The notes beneath the pieces are model-generated. The model worked only from the letters and a program-made list of their open reading frames with translations. It ran no database searches and was not told where the DNA came from. The position numbers were made by a program, and so were the translations under genes. From the human T2T-CHM13v2.0 reference genome, Homo sapiens, in NCBI RefSeq assembly GCF_009914755.1, contig NC_060940.1: 64,000 bases of DNA; one strand, written 5' to 3'. Shown here one piece after another: positions 13,078 through 25,079 of this stretch (the stretch's first letter is position 1; each line of letters begins with the position of its first letter).

Positions 13078-13564
13078 GTGAGAAGGCACATGTCTGTTGG
13101 AGGGACTCAACCACCCCCATCAGCCCTCCTGTCTCTGGTCCCAGGAATGCTTCCCTCTCCGAGCTGCACTCTGAGTCCTGGGCAGCTGTTCCCTTCAGCA
13201 GGGGTTAACATTTCCACGGAAATCTTCTCCAGGAGGGCACAGTTTTCACCGGGGTATCAGGGCCCTGGGATTCCCTCTCCCCAGACTCTCTTATTGTCTT
13301 CCTATTGAAGAATCCTGAAGTGTCTGTGCTGGGAGGGCCAGTAGAGAAAATAACTCTGCAGATGGGAAAACGGAGGGGGCCTAGAAGGGGGAAGGAGTGG
13401 AGGAGTCCGGAGAAGCAGTCGGGGGCTTCCTGGCTTCCCACCTCGGGCTGGGTGTGCGTAATTCCCCTGAAAATCACTCATGCTCTTCATCACCTCATTG
13501 AAAATATCCAAAGAAAGTGGCTTCTTCTTGAGTTACCATTGACTTCTAGGGAACAGCAGACATC

Positions 13565-13750
13565 AGCGTCTACTAAGAGAGTGGATGGTCAGAGGAAGAT
13601 GAGGATGGAAAAGCTACCTAATCGGGTGCTATGCTCAATACCTGGTAACAAAATAATCTATACAGCAAACTCCAGAGACCCAAATTACCCATGATCAAAC
13701 CTGCACAGTTACCCCCAAACCTAAAATAAAAGTTGGAAACAAATAAATGG
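13565..13750 (+). mobile_element. Old L1 3'UTR fragment (mirror ~41181-41366)
   Basis: gaaaagctaccta...gggtgctatgctca...aaacctgcaca...ccccaaacctaaaataaaagttgg. Confidence 0.7.
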
Positions 13751-14959
13751 AAAAAGTAATTGAGTTCTAAAAGTAAAGAAGTGTTCTCCTTCCAGTTGAA
13801 GATAAACAAAACTGACCCTGGTTAAAGCAGTAGGACAGATTTATTCAGTAATATGATTGCAATAGGGGAAATAGTCCAGCGTGGAGTGGACTCACATCCC
13901 TGAAACAAAAGCCTGATGACGTTTCATAGGCCAGGTGTGCCAAGGGAAACACTGTGGTCTATGGGGAGAGGCTTGGTTCATGTGACTAGACCACCTGGAT
14001 GTCTTCATCCTGGCTCACCTGGGGCAGAAACAAACTCCTCTTATCTTTAGGACAGGAAGCCATGCATTAGACCGCAGGAAGAACCCACTGAAGTCAGGCT
14101 CTACTCTTTCGACAGGGACTGGGAAGATCAGGAGTGAGCTCCCTGAATGTTTGCATTGCAAAGAGAAGGCTCTCAGGTCCTCAAGGAAATGGGGTTGGGT
14201 GGTAGATTCAGCAGAGAAAGTGTTTATCATTGCAGGCTTCTAAAGTAACTGCTCTAGTTGGGTTCGGGGACCTGGCTGCTTGTCTCCAGGTTTTGGCTGG
14301 AGCAGAGTAAATTGTCCTGGCAGGGTTGAGCCTTCCCAGGCAGTTATGTTAAGGATACTGGGGTCATTCTAGGGACACAGCCTTAAGCTGCTAGAAGCAA
14401 TGCTAGAGATTGGTCGAGTCCCTGAGTGCAGAGGTTTGGGAAGAGTTGTTATGTGCGTAGAGATGTGCAGTTCGCCCCTCAGAAGGATTTCAGAGGTTAT
14501 ACCAAAGACCAAAGCCACGAAGACAGGATTTAAGGATTTCAGTGTCATCTGTGACAGGTGGGGGTACTAGGGAGGTCTACATCCTCTTCCCCAGAGCCCT
14601 CTATTCCACACTGGCCTGGCAGACACCTTGCATCTCCATGTCACTGACCACTGTAGGGATCCCAGCCACAGACACACACACACACACGCGCGCACACACA
14701 CACACTGCAAAACACTGCCACAGCTTCTCTGAAATTTTGTTTTTTGTTTTTTTTTTTTGTAAACTTTGCAATGCTTGAGTTTCTGGATATAAGCCCATTT
14801 GATTCATTGATTTCACCCATTTCAGTAAAGACTCATGCCCTTAAAAGCCCCCATAATTAGAGGACTTTCAGACTGCATTGGTTTGGTTGGTTGGTCAGTT
14901 TGTTTCTTATCATTAATTCCCAATGATTCATAAATGCTGAACTTTTTTTTTTTTTTTAG

Positions 14960-15043
14960 CAGTTGATGAGCTATCCACTCTCCGAAGGGCAACTGGACCA
15001 GAAGACAGCCATGTCACTCCTGTGGAAGTCCTATCCCCTTGTT
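14960..15043 (+). CDS. CES1P1: Carboxylesterase 1 (CES1A2-type copy) exon 10 (alternative start 14963)
   Basis: poly-T tag|CAG|TTG...CTTGTT|gtaag; [28 protein letters not shown]. Confidence 0.93.
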
Positions 15044-15305
15044 GTAAGAGTCTAGGAATCATGGGAATTGGCTGAGACCCAGAGAGGGACAAGGACTTGC
15101 CCAAATCATAGAGCAATTAAATGGCAGAATGAAGACTGGGGCCTCAGGGTTTCCCCCATCTTTCCACCTTTCCCACTTCATTTTCCACCCTAGCGGGGAG
15201 TTGCACAGGGCTTATGGGGTTCACCATTGAGGCAGGACTTTCTGGTGGGCTGGAGAAGCTGCATCGCTCACCCGGGGCTGGTGGTCACTTTTTGATCTAT
15301 TTCAG

Positions 15306-15453
15306 TGCATTGCTAAGGAACTGATTCCAGAAGCCACTGAGAAATACTTAGGAGGAACAGACGACACTGTCAAAAAGAAAGACCTGTTCCTGGACTTGAT
15401 AGCAGATGTGATGTTTGGTGTCCCATCTGTGATTGTGGCCCGGAACCACAGAG
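15306..15453 (+). CDS. CES1P1: Carboxylesterase 1 (CES1A2-type copy) exon 11
   Basis: ttcag|TGCATT...CACAGAG|gtgag; [49 protein letters not shown]. Confidence 0.93.
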
Positions 15454-15596
15454 GTGAGTCCCAGAGGTCGAACGGGAGGGACACAAACCCCACGAGCTTC
15501 TGTATCTGACCCACCTACCTCCCAGCATAGACAGACATGGAAACAGCTGAGGGTCAGGCCTCAAAGGCTGATTCCATATGGCATGGGATGAGGTGC

Positions 15597-16063
15597 TGTC
15601 TTATTTTGGTTTATGCCAGCAGAAGACTGTGAGAAAAAAAAATCCAGAGGCAAGTGGTTTTTTTAAGGTGATGATCCCAGATAACAGCAGTAGGGAGGTG
15701 GGGAAGTGAGAGAGGAAAGAGATGGAATCCAATCCAAGATGCGTTGTCAAGGGAGTATCCACTGTGGACAACTGGAGCGGGGAAACTCAAGGAAACACCA
15801 AGAATACAGGGCTCAGGGGCATCCCATCTGAGTGGCAAGGGAGCCGGGTATTTATTCACCAGCTTCTACTTGTCATTGGTTGAAGGCTCTTGCAAGGAAT
15901 TGTTTATTCCCTGTGACTTCGACCTGCTGCACACAAGGGCAGAGTAGTCTCTTGTGACCAGACAAAGGCCTCAGGCCTGGAGCTGCAGATGCTGGAGGTG
16001 GAAGTCAGGCTGGCATGCCCAGGAAGAGGGGATATAGGTGAGACCCTGGCAGCATCTGCTGCA
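15597..16063. mobile_element. ERVL LTR remnant, LTR16/LTR33-like (mirror ~38857-39323)
   Basis: tgtctta...gcagaagactgtgaga...gcaagtggttt...gatcccag...gtagggaggtggggaagtgagagagg. Confidence 0.45.
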
Positions 16064-18094
16064 AGGGCTCCATGCCTGGAGTTATTGTGGGACATAGGGC
16101 TGCTGTAGGACAAATATTGAAAGATGAGTCGTGGAAGGGTTTTAAGGTCTGAGCCAGCTGCAAACAAGTTTGTTAAGTATTGGAGCTGGATAAAAAGTGG
16201 GAGCCCTGCATGGGATCCAGAGGATTGTCCAGGACCAAGAAGGCCAGAGAGAGGAGCCAGGGCGGGTGTGGGAGAGGTGGTCTGTAGAATGGCAGTGTCT
16301 GAGGGTGGTTTTTATGCATCTCAGTGCGTGCAGTAGCATGCAAGCACAGGGCAAGGGCAGGGTCTATGCAGGACCTGCTACCACTGACCCAAGGCTGTGT
16401 GGGTGGGGCATGACGTTAGGGATGTGTGTGCTCACCTAGAGAGGAGTGTCTGTTCCTGCGTGCCAGCTAGAGGAGATTCACAGGATTCCTTTTCTTCCAG
16501 CTCTCATTCGCCTAGTCTGCAAGCTAGGAAATGTCCTCTCTCTAACCATGCTGGAAGGGTTTTTAAATTTAGAACTTCATAAGCATGATAAAAACTAGCT
16601 AACGCTTAACTAGCAGGTGCCCTGACACACCTTTGCACAGGAAGGGGCAGGTGCTCATAACCCTCATTTCTTCACAGGGTCCTGATAAAAACCTTTAACC
16701 AAGACCACTGGAGTTGAATCTGTTCTTTCTTAAACTTGCCCTTGCCCTATGCTCTGCGTCTGAACTATATATAGAGTTCCCATCTCCATTTTCTGATGGT
16801 TTGAGCAATACTGAACTTATGTTTTTCATCTGGTTTCCCATGACTTTAAGTTCAGGGCTTTTTTTTTTTTTTTTTTTTTTTTTGCCAGGACTACACAGAT
16901 TTTATCTACTTTCACTTATTGTTGTCTCACTCTTTTTGATAAAATAACATTTCTGAATATAAAATTAATATGTTAAATTATAGAAACTTTCAAAAATATG
17001 GAAACACAAAAAGAAGAAACTATGTATCACTCATTTCCACTACCTGGAGGCAAGTGCTATAAATTTTTTGTGTTTTCGTCTAAAGATTTTCCATGTCCTA
17101 TATACTTTAAAAATCAATTTTATATTTTACTTTTGTTCATAGAACACTATGTTGTGAGGATTTTCTCAATGTTGATACAAACTCATCAAAGCATTCCTTA
17201 TTCCATGAAATGGCTGTGTTAAATAGACTTTAATATTCATATCCTATTAGATGTTTAGCCTGGCTACTCACATTCTGATGCTACAATAACATTGAGCTCA
17301 GCCTAATGTTCATAAGTCTCTAAACACATGTCTAATAATTTTCTTAGGATTATTTTTAGAAGTAAATAACTAGGTTGGACAATGCAAATGTTTTAGAACT
17401 TTGGGCAAATATTGTAAAATTGCATTCCACTGCATAAGAATGTGGATTTCTTAATTCTCTTTCTCATTTGGGATGCTAAGATTAAAAATTAGCATAACAC
17501 TTCCAGTTTCATAAGCCTTCCCCACCAACAAGAAGCACATCAGCCTGTTTTAATCTGCATGTCCTCCATGACTAGCCCTCTCATTGTCTCTGCTTCTCTT
17601 ATTATGTCTAATTGTCATTACCCAAATCTGTGCGCTACTTTCCTCTGAAGACTTGTGTTGTGATTGTAAGAATTGTATAAATATCAATGGCTTTAGCCAA
17701 AGAGTTTTACAAAGTACGTTTTGGGCAGCATGCTGCCTATAATAAGTTCTATCATTCACAAAAGCTCTTTCTTCTATGGTTGGCTCTGAGTTTCTTTGGA
17801 AAATGTTCGAGGGGCAAAGGCAAGGTCAAACCCTCCTTTTAGCAAGTTTTGTTTGACCTTGAAGCAGCCATTTAACAGGTGGATTACAGAGCCACAGAAG
17901 GATGGCATCTTCCCAGGTGCGCTTCCTGCTGAGCCGAGGGTGCAGTGCAGGAGGCTGACAAAGATGAGTGAATAGATTATTCTTCATTCTCACATTGAAA
18001 TGACATGTGCGGGTGGGGCATGAGGTTAGGGATGCGTGAGCTCCCATTGTTAAATCCTTTTGTGAACGAATTTTTAATGATGTTAAGAAATGAT

Positions 18095-18222
18095 GGCTGG
18101 AGGCGGTGGCTCTTGCCAACACTCTCAGCATTTTGGGAGGCTGAGGTGGGAGGATTATGAGAGCCTAGGATTTCAAGATCAGCCTGGGCAGCATAGTGAG
18201 ACCCTGTCTCTACAAAACAATT
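18095..18222 (+). mobile_element. Alu monomer, FLAM-like (mirror 36701-36828)
   Basis: cagcattttgggaggctgaggtgggaggatt...tcaagatcagcctgggcagcatagtgagaccctgtctctacaaaa. Confidence 0.85.
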
Positions 18223-19512
18223 TAAAAGGGAAGTGATTACAGTGTACTACAAAATACCATATATAATATCATCCCCAGTTAAATACATAAAAGAGAGATA
18301 TGCTAAAATAAAAAAGAAGCATTCTCTGAGTGGTAGAGTTATGAGTGATACTTTAAATTTGATTGTTAAAATTGATTTTTAAATTATATAGGATATGGAA
18401 AAATTTTAGAAGGAAATACAAAAAATGCATGGCCCTTGCCTCAGGTAGTGGAATTATGAGTGATATCTAGTTTTGCTTTATGCGTTTCCATATTTTTGTT
18501 TCTTCTAATTATTCCTAATTGTTTTTATTTTCCAAATTTCTTACTGTACCCAAAGGGGAGGACATTGTAAATTTTCTCCACCAGCCTGGCATTGCCCTGA
18601 CTCTTTCCGTCTTAGTGTCACTTCTCAGTGGGTATCATGACCAGTGCAAAGTGCTGAGGCACAGGGCCAGGCGGCCCACGAGGTAGCCCTGAAGGGGCAG
18701 CGATCTGTGGCTCCAATGAGCCAATCATTGGGAAACTGGCATCTTCCTGGGGCTGGGACAGGAGAGCTTTGTTGGTGGGAGAGGAGGGCAGAGCCGAAGG
18801 AGAGAGGGCAGGGGAGAGGCAAGGTCACCCTTGCTCAGCGCCTTCTTTTCTCTGCCAGGGCTTTACTGCCTTAACACCCTAACACTCCCAGGCCAGGCAG
18901 GCAGCAAGACACATGGGGACAGTGAGCTATAAAGCAGTGAGTGCCGCAGGTTCCTGAGACACAAGAGGCAGATTGTTCCCTCTCTGCATATGTTTGTATT
19001 TAAATAGCCTCATGTTCAGACAAGCAACTTGGATTTGCTTCAGTCTTCTCAGGATGGGTGAGAAAAACACTGGAAATGCTCAAAACGAGGCAGAACAGAA
19101 GACACCTGTCATGGTGGAGATGGCATCCAAGTGAATGAACGCGAGTCTGTTATCAATGAATTATATCCGGTGTAACCAGATGTAGAGAGATTGTCTTGTG
19201 TGAGAATGCACCAGCAGGCAAAGGGGTTTACGAGGCAGAGTCAGGGTCCCTGCACCGGCAGCTGTTTTAAATGAATTGACCCAGGGTTTCCACATTCATT
19301 CATTAAACATTTGTTCATTGAACAAATATTTGGCTCTAATTCCGCTTCCACCTCAGACAGCTATGCAGCCCGGAGCACATCACTGAGCTTTCCTGAGACT
19401 CTGTTTCTCTACTGTGCTGACAGCCAGAGGTTTGCTGCAGAGCTGGAGACCTTGGTAGCCTCCAGGTGTGTGTCTGGCAACATGAACTGTGCATGAATCC
19501 TTGTCTTCTCAG

Positions 19513-19644
19513 ATGCTGGAGCACCCACCTACATGTATGAGTTTCAGTACCGTCCAAGCTTCTCATCAGACATGAAACCCAAGACGGTGATAGGAGACCA
19601 CGGGGATGAGCTCTTCTCCGTCTTTGGGGCCCCATTTTTAAAAG
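19513..19644 (+). CDS. CES1P1: Carboxylesterase 1 (CES1A2-type copy) exon 12, catalytic His
   Basis: ctcag|ATGCTG...TAAAAG|gtaat; [43 protein letters not shown]. Confidence 0.93.
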
Positions 19645-20242
19645 GTAATGCTCCTTCCTGTCTGTGAGCTAGGAGTTAGAGACTTGGGTTCCAGTCTTGG
19701 TGTGGTGGCCTTCAGCAATTTTGTCCTCTCCTGGTCTTAGTTTCCTGATTCTGTATAACAGGGTTGAATGTCACTGGGTTGTCCGCCGGCTTCCTCCCAC
19801 TCTAACACATGTGAGGAGGGATGTGTATTCATGTGCCCTCTGCACAGACGCTCAGAATCCTGCTGTGTGACATCAAGACAGGTGGTGGTGGGGGTCTCCT
19901 GCAGGATTCACTATGACAGGGTTGAATGTCACTGGGTTGTTCCCCGGCTTCCTCCCGCTCTAACACACCTGAGGGAGGATGTGTATCATGTACCCTCTGC
20001 CACAGACACTCAGAATCCTGGGCTGTGTCATCAACAAGATAGGCGGTGGGACACATGCGGGGCCCTGCTCTAGGTTGAGAAGCCACCAATCAATTTCCCT
20101 CTCCCAGGAGCGCTGAGACAGTGAGTGAGGGTGAGATTAGAATTGGTGTTAACCCTAAGTCAGGTCTAATGTGTGCCTGTTTGTCTTTCTGTCTGTCTCT
20201 AACAAAAACTCATAAACCTTTACATTTAGTACATTTAATAAT

Positions 20243-21830
20243 TGTTGATTTAGAATTCACAGGATGTATGAATTTGGAACAGGAGAAGAGAATATTTTTT
20301 ATATGGTTTATAGTCAGCAAGGTGGCCATCCCACAGGCTGGGAAGGTGCCTCTGGCCAAGCCCAGAAACGGGCTCATTGGAGGAGGGGTTGGGTAGGAGC
20401 TTTATGTGAACGGATTGGCTAAACATACATGTTCAACAGGTTACAGGGGGAGCAATGGATATTCATGAAGACAGTCCTGACACATGTGTATTAAACAAAC
20501 ATGTATGTAACATGGCCCATGTTCACCTGGTGGTGGAGACCTAATATTTAAATGTATTACAATTAGGGCCTGTAAGTCCAAAGGTCTTCTCAGGACACGA
20601 AGCTCAGCAAGTGAGGAGCTTCTGTACACCGGCCAGGTCCAGTCCATGGCTGGTGATGTTCTTATCTGGAGAAAGTTACTGAAATCAGTCTCTTATGCAA
20701 TCAAAGCAGTAGTTAAGTCTGGCAAGTCAGGGTTCTGTTTGTCTGCGTATCCCAGCTGCAGCCGTTGTTATTGTTTTCCTTTTGCTTAGCTCCAGGCCAG
20801 TGCTGGTTTAGCTGCTAGAGAAAGAGAAGCACCTCGTGGCAGTGAGAACAAAGTGGATTCTTTTTTTTTTTTATTATTATACTTTAAGTTTTAGGGTACA
20901 TGTGCACATTGTGCAGGTTAGTTACATATGTATACATGTGCCGTGCTGGTGCGCTGCACCCACTAACTCGTCATCTAGCATTAGGTATATCTCCCAGTGC
21001 TATCCCTCCCCCCTCCCCCCACCCCACCACAGTCCCCAGAGTGTGATATTCCCCTTCCTGTGTCCATGTGATCTCATTGTTCAATTCCCACCTATGAGTG
21101 AGAATATGCGGTGTTTGGTTTTTTGTTCTTGCGATAGTTTACTGAGAATGATGGTTTCCAATTTCATCCATGTCCCTACAAAGGACATGAACTCATCATT
21201 TTTTATGGCTGCATAGTATTCCACGGTGTATATGTGCCACATTTTCTTAATCCAGTCTATCATTGTTGGACATTTGGGTTGGTTCCAAGTCTTTGCTATT
21301 GTGAATAATGCCGCAATAAACATACGTGTGCATGTGTCTTTATAGCAGCATGATTTATAGTCATTTGGGTATATACCCAGTAATGGGATGGCTGGGTCAA
21401 ATGGTATTTCTAGTTCTAGATCCCTGAGGAATCGCCACACTGACTTCCACAATGGTTGAACTAGTTTACAGTCCCACCAACAGTGTAAAAGTGTTCCTAT
21501 TTCTCCACATCCTCTCCAGCACCTGTTGTTTCCTGACTTTTTAGAGATGCAGGCCTGAACCCTTGCCCGACGTGGCCTTAGGTCTCGTTTTTAATTTGGT
21601 GTCTTATTGCCACAAAGAGTGTGTTCTGTCAGAATGATGACCTTCATTTTATTGCTGATGCTGGTCCGGTGGTGTCTAAATCACAAAAGGGAGGGAGTAT
21701 TATGAGGCGTGTCTGACCTCCTGTCCGTTCCCAGGCAGGAACAGAGTTGAAGGTTTTTCGAGGCTCCCCTTAGCCCAGAGAGGGTCTGTTCAGTCAGTTG
21801 GGGGTGTCAGGATTTTATTTTTAGTTTACA
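20243..21830 (-). mobile_element. ERV1 solo LTR, MER4-group, interrupted by a young L1
   Basis: Reads TGTAAACTAAAAATAAAATCCT...TCAACA on - strand; ~900 bp once the L1 is removed. Confidence 0.6.
20861..21542 (-). mobile_element. 5'-truncated young L1 (L1PA2-like): ORF2 C-terminus, 3'UTR, polyA
   Basis: ORF 21081..21452 = L1 ORF2p C-terminus (WRFLRDLELEIPFDPAIPLLGIYP...FSLIGGN). The 3'UTR has GAG (not ACA) and cttaAagtataat, so it is not L1HS-Ta. Confidence 0.92.
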
Positions 21831-22229
21831 TTATACAATAGTTTAAAAAATCCTTTCACGGTGTCTTCTAAGTCTTAACTCTCAGCAGTTACAGATCAGA
21901 TGGGACTCACCCCATGGCTGCTCAGAACGCACCAGCGCCTCTGGGCATCTCACTGTGCATGCTTAGGCGCCTTGCGGCTCTGTTGTTTTTCAGAATGTGA
22001 ATTGTGGGTGTGTGCTGGGGAGGGAGAAAAGACCCAAGAGAGAGCAACCCTGGAAAGTGGGGTTGCTGTAGAGGAAACCCTGGGGTGGGGCATTTCCTGT
22101 GACCCTGAGCGGGGAGGAGGCAGGCGAGGGTCACAGGAGACAAAGGCAGCCAGCCAATGGAATGACGCATGCCCATTGCTGAGCCCTAGGTCAGATATGC
22201 TGAAAGGTAAAGTACACACAAATCCACCA

Positions 22230-22352
22230 CGATCTTCTAAAAGTGCAGACCTCAGCTCAGTGGGTGTGGGGCATGTGCCAAGACTATGTTTCCAGCAGAC
22301 TCGCATGTGATGTTGACGCTGCAGTCCACGGACCACACTTTGAGTAACAAAG
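22230..22352. mobile_element. hAT-Charlie MER5A1-like remnant (mirror ~32571-32693)
   Basis: gtgatgttgacgctgcagtccacggaccacactttgagtaacaa resembles the MER5A1 terminus. Confidence 0.5.
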
Positions 22353-22375
22353 GCTTTTTTTCTTCTTCCCCACAG

Positions 22376-22448
22376 AGGGTGCCTCAGAAGAGGAGATCAG
22401 ACTTAGCAAGATGGTGATGAAATTCTGGGCCAACTTTGCTCGCAATGG
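22376..22448 (+). CDS. CES1P1: Carboxylesterase 1 (CES1A2-type copy) exon 13
   Basis: cacag|AGGGTG...CAATGG|gtgag; [23 protein letters not shown]. Confidence 0.93.
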
Positions 22449-22744
22449 GTGAGGCTGGTGGCAAAGACAGAGCACGGCTGGTGAGGGTGGGGGGCGGGGC
22501 ATGCCTATTGGGAAGGGGCAGCTTCTAAGGTTCTAGTGATCAAACTTCTGACCCTGTGACCATAGCACTCTGATAATGAGAGCTCTCTGCAAACGGAGAG
22601 GCCGCCCCTGGAGATAGTGAGCTCTCCATCTCTGGAGGTATACAAGCCTCTTGACAGAGATAACTTGGGCATCCTCACACATCTCTGAAGATTGTTGGGA
22701 ACACACAGCAGCTTTGGGGCAATTCTAATTGATTCTGTTTCCAG

Positions 22745-22928
22745 AAACCCCAATGGGGAAGGGCTGCCCCACTGGCCAGAGTACAACCAGAAGGAAGGGT
22801 ATCTGCAGATTGGTGCCAACACCCAGGCGGCCCAGAAGCTGAAGGACAAAGAAGTAGCTTTCTGGACCAACCTCTTTGCCAAGAAGGCAGTGGAGAAGCC
22901 ACCCCAGACAGAACACATAGAGCTGTGA
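22745..22928 (+). CDS. CES1P1: Carboxylesterase 1 (CES1A2-type copy) exon 14, coding part
   Basis: tccag|AAACCC...; [62 protein letters not shown]-retention HIEL. Confidence 0.93.
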
Positions 22929-23101
22929 ATGAAGATCCAGCCGGCCTTGGGAGCCTGGAGGAGCAAAGACTGGGGTCTTTTGCGAAAGGGATTGCAGGTT
23001 CAGAAGGCATCTTACCATGGCTGGGGAATTGTCTGGTGGTGGGGGGCAGGGGACAGAGGCCATGAAGGAGCAAGTTTTGTATTTGTGACCTCAGCTTTGG
23101 G

Positions 23102-23107
23102 AATAAA
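23102..23107 (+). terminator. Polyadenylation signal AATAAA of + strand copy
   Basis: AATAAA 174 nt after the stop codon, followed by a GT-rich tract (ttggtgcttgtgtcttgt). Confidence 0.85.
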
Positions 23108-24889
23108 GGATCTTTTGAAGGCCAAATTGGTGCTTGTGTCTTGTACTGGAGATTAATACTTTGTCCTCAGAGACAGAACGGTGATGAAAGAGGCGACGTG
23201 AGAAGGAAGGTGGCTTTGCTGGGGATGGCCTGGTCTCAGGATGAGCAGAGTCCAGAGGGCTGGGTCATGGACGGTGCTCAGGGGAGCTCTGGGCCTGATG
23301 CACCTTTCTGGGCCCCCAACAATTTCCAACAATACGAGTTGGGGTGGCCAGAGTGCAGGATCCCTACCCTCTATTTGGAGTTGCCCATGGAAATGGAAGT
23401 GGCCCAGGCTGAGAATGAGTCTGGATCAGGGAAGAGGGAGACGTGCTGAGGTGATCCCGTGGCACTGTTGCATGGCACTTACTGACCATTGCACAGGCCT
23501 GCAACACCTTTCTGAGTATGTACACTAGCCTCCCATACCCCTCCATGAGGTTGTCTCTTCCACCAACTGGTCGAAACTCCTTCTGTAGCCTGGACCACTT
23601 CTGGTGTGGGCAGTGACCACCTTGGAGGTGGTCCATTCTTCTCCAGAGGGTCATCCTAAACTGTGTCTTTCAGAATCCCATGGGTGATTTCTGGATTCTG
23701 TTAGTACGTAGAAAGCTCTAAAGCATGTCATTCCCGCCTTATCAGCAAGAGGAAGCCGGATTGTCCTCAAAATCATAACTTTTCCTGCACCAAAGAGCTG
23801 AAGTTGCAAGGCACATGGTTCCCTCGAAATCGAAGGGAAGACAAGCACCTGGGGGAGTGGTGGGATGTGAACACTGGCTTACTTCTCACCTGCAGGCAGG
23901 AGACGGCGTGACCATAATGAGCAGAAATACTCTATGAATTTTATTCAGTGCTGAAGGCCAAGGGTGGGCCACTGTGAGAGTATAAAACCTCTGGGAACCA
24001 TGGACCCATGGGGAGTTGACTCCCATCACAGACTCTACTCCATGGGTATTTATCAGGGCCCATGAGAAAGATTGGGGTAGACAGTGAGACTGGAGAAAGT
24101 CTGCCTTCAGGAATGCAGGCATGAGCCCTGCTGACACCCTTCACCCCTAAAGAACAAAATCCTTCAATCATTGCGGAATGGCCAGGAAATCTTGTCCTCC
24201 TCAAGGTACTGGTAGAGACATATTGAGGTTGAAGATAAGGAACCTTTTAAAACTCTATACCCCTTGGAGAGGGACAGGGAGTCATCTTGGGCCCAGATTA
24301 TCGGTCTTTTACTGCTGGGGATGGTCAGTATCTCTGACAAACCTCCATCTCCAACAGCAAGAAATGAAGGTCCTGCCTAAGGTTGAGGCTGGACCACGAC
24401 AAGAGCAGGCACTCCTGGCTGCTACCATGGAGTTAGCCAGTCCCAGGTAACAGAAATCTGCTGCTGGGAGAGAGAGCAAAGCATGCAGATCAACCCTCTT
24501 GTAAAAGCAGGTGCACAGGACAGGCCTAAAGCTGAGAGTGGAACAAGACATTAGGAAAATCGTTCAGAAAACCGGCCTTTACACAAGCACACCAGAACCA
24601 GCACAAGGTAGCACTGGAAGCATTTGAAGCAGATGGTGCATTGATGATAGCCATAGCAACAACAAAACTATTCCCCGATCACCACACTCGAAATACACAC
24701 GCACACACACACACACACGCATGCATGTACACACAAAATCAGTCTAGCAGCAGAAGAAAAGATATGTCCACTTCCTGTCACGGATACTACTTACTTCAGT
24801 TTCAACTCACTTACCCATGATGTCAAGTATTGAATTCAAAATTGCAAACCTTATAAAGGAAGCAACACCTATGAACAAGAGACAAAGCA

Positions 24890-25050
24890 GTTGGGCACAG
24901 TGGTGCATGCCTGTAGTCCCAGCTACTTAGGAGGCTGATGCAGGAGGATTGCTTGAACCTGTGAGTTCAAGGCTGTAGTGCACTGTAATTGCACCTATGA
25001 ATAACCACCTGCACTCTAGTCATGGTATTATGGTGAAATAGCATCGCTTA
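24890..25050 (+). mobile_element. Fossil Alu monomer, FAM/FRAM-like (mirror 29875-30035)
   Basis: gggcacagtggtgcatgcctgtagtcccagctacttaggaggctga...ggattgcttgaacc...gcacctatgaataacca. Confidence 0.8.
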
Positions 25051-25079
25051 GAGTGAGAGAGAGAGAGAGAGACAGACAG

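Noticed and set aside
19747-20050. CRISPR-like or other prokaryotic-type array
   Set aside because: Human DNA; only two diverged units and no repeat-spacer structure anywhere in the window.
21081-21452. 123-aa ORF with clear protein similarity
   Set aside because: C-terminal remnant of L1 ORF2p in a 5'-truncated L1, not a host gene.
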